From Ascidiella aspersa (Eukaryota), in the NCBI GenBank assembly GCA_963924565.1, contig OZ004607.1, positions 35,898,001 to 35,962,000 on the forward strand: DNA of 64,000 nt, written 5' to 3'. A program made the position numbers and the translations under genes. Positions 63,575-64,000 of this stretch are shown here, piece after piece; position 1 is the first letter of the stretch; every line of letters begins with the position of its first letter. The notes under the pieces are model-generated. The model ran no database searches. It saw nothing but the letters and a program-made list of their open reading frames with translations, and was not told where the DNA came from.

Positions 63575-63997
63575 AAGGGATGTCCGATAATATCGGATCG
63601 GAGCCGATACCCGATGCCAAGTGGTGGTATCGATGTTCGTCCGATATTAGGGTGGTATCGATGTTCGTCCGATACTAGGGTCGTATCGGTGCCGATCCGA
63701 TACTAAATTAGCATAGGTATTTTAACCACAATTTGTCACCCAATGCAGCAATTGCTTCCTTAATGGAAATTCATTCAAAAAGTGCTAAGTAAACAACTGA
63801 TGGTAATTAGATTTCTTGAAACTACAGAACAAATTGACCTAATAAGTCGCGAAAAATTATCCAACGTTTTAATTTATTGATTTTGTTCGCTTTAACACAG
63901 TTATGACGTCATCGGTATCGAATTGGATCCGATACTTTCAGTTTAAAATATCGGGTATCGGTGTCGGAATGAAAATGACAAGAATCGGACATCCCTG
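63575..63997. mobile_element. MITE with AGGGATGTCCGAT TIRs (Ac-like hAT termini)
   Basis: agggatgtccgat / atcggacatccct; many ccgata/tatcgg repeats and an internal tandem duplication of gtggtatcgatgttcgtccgata. Confidence 0.8.
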
Positions 63998-64000
63998 TAG

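Noticed and set aside
47113-64000. Expected upstream ADAMTSL exons (DGT.C / CV.G.C Cys-rich module, first TSR, signal peptide) or a nested gene
   Set aside because: A manual scan found no convincing exon; probably a long intron, though small exons could have been missed. Spliced alignment with a THSD4 protein would settle it.

Overview
Eukaryotic (animal) genomic DNA: AT-rich, CpG-retaining and intron-rich. An invertebrate chordate such as an ascidian is plausible but not provable from this window. Most of the supplied ORFs are noise. Two spliced genes lie on the minus strand. (1) The 3' part of an ADAMTS-like gene of the ADAMTSL4/THSD4 (ADAMTSL6) type: 12 phase-compatible GT-AG exons from 47112 down to the stop at 9406 (2052 nt, 683 aa). 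They encode the end of the Cys-rich module, the spacer, a Pro/Arg-rich linker, six TSP1 repeats and a PLAC domain; no further upstream exon was recognised in the window. (2) The first two coding exons of a probable semaphorin (2599 to 1379, continuing off the left edge). Introns and intergenic DNA hold many hAT-type MITEs with 8-bp TSDs, tandem duplications and minisatellites. The most notable non-coding signal is a set of dispersed, often palindromic, ORF-less elements carrying minimal type-I hammerhead ribozyme motifs (CUGANGA-stem II-GAAACGUH) of the kind associated with Penelope-like elements. At least three sequence families are present, and two share a conserved 3' tail at almost the same distance from the predicted cleavage site.
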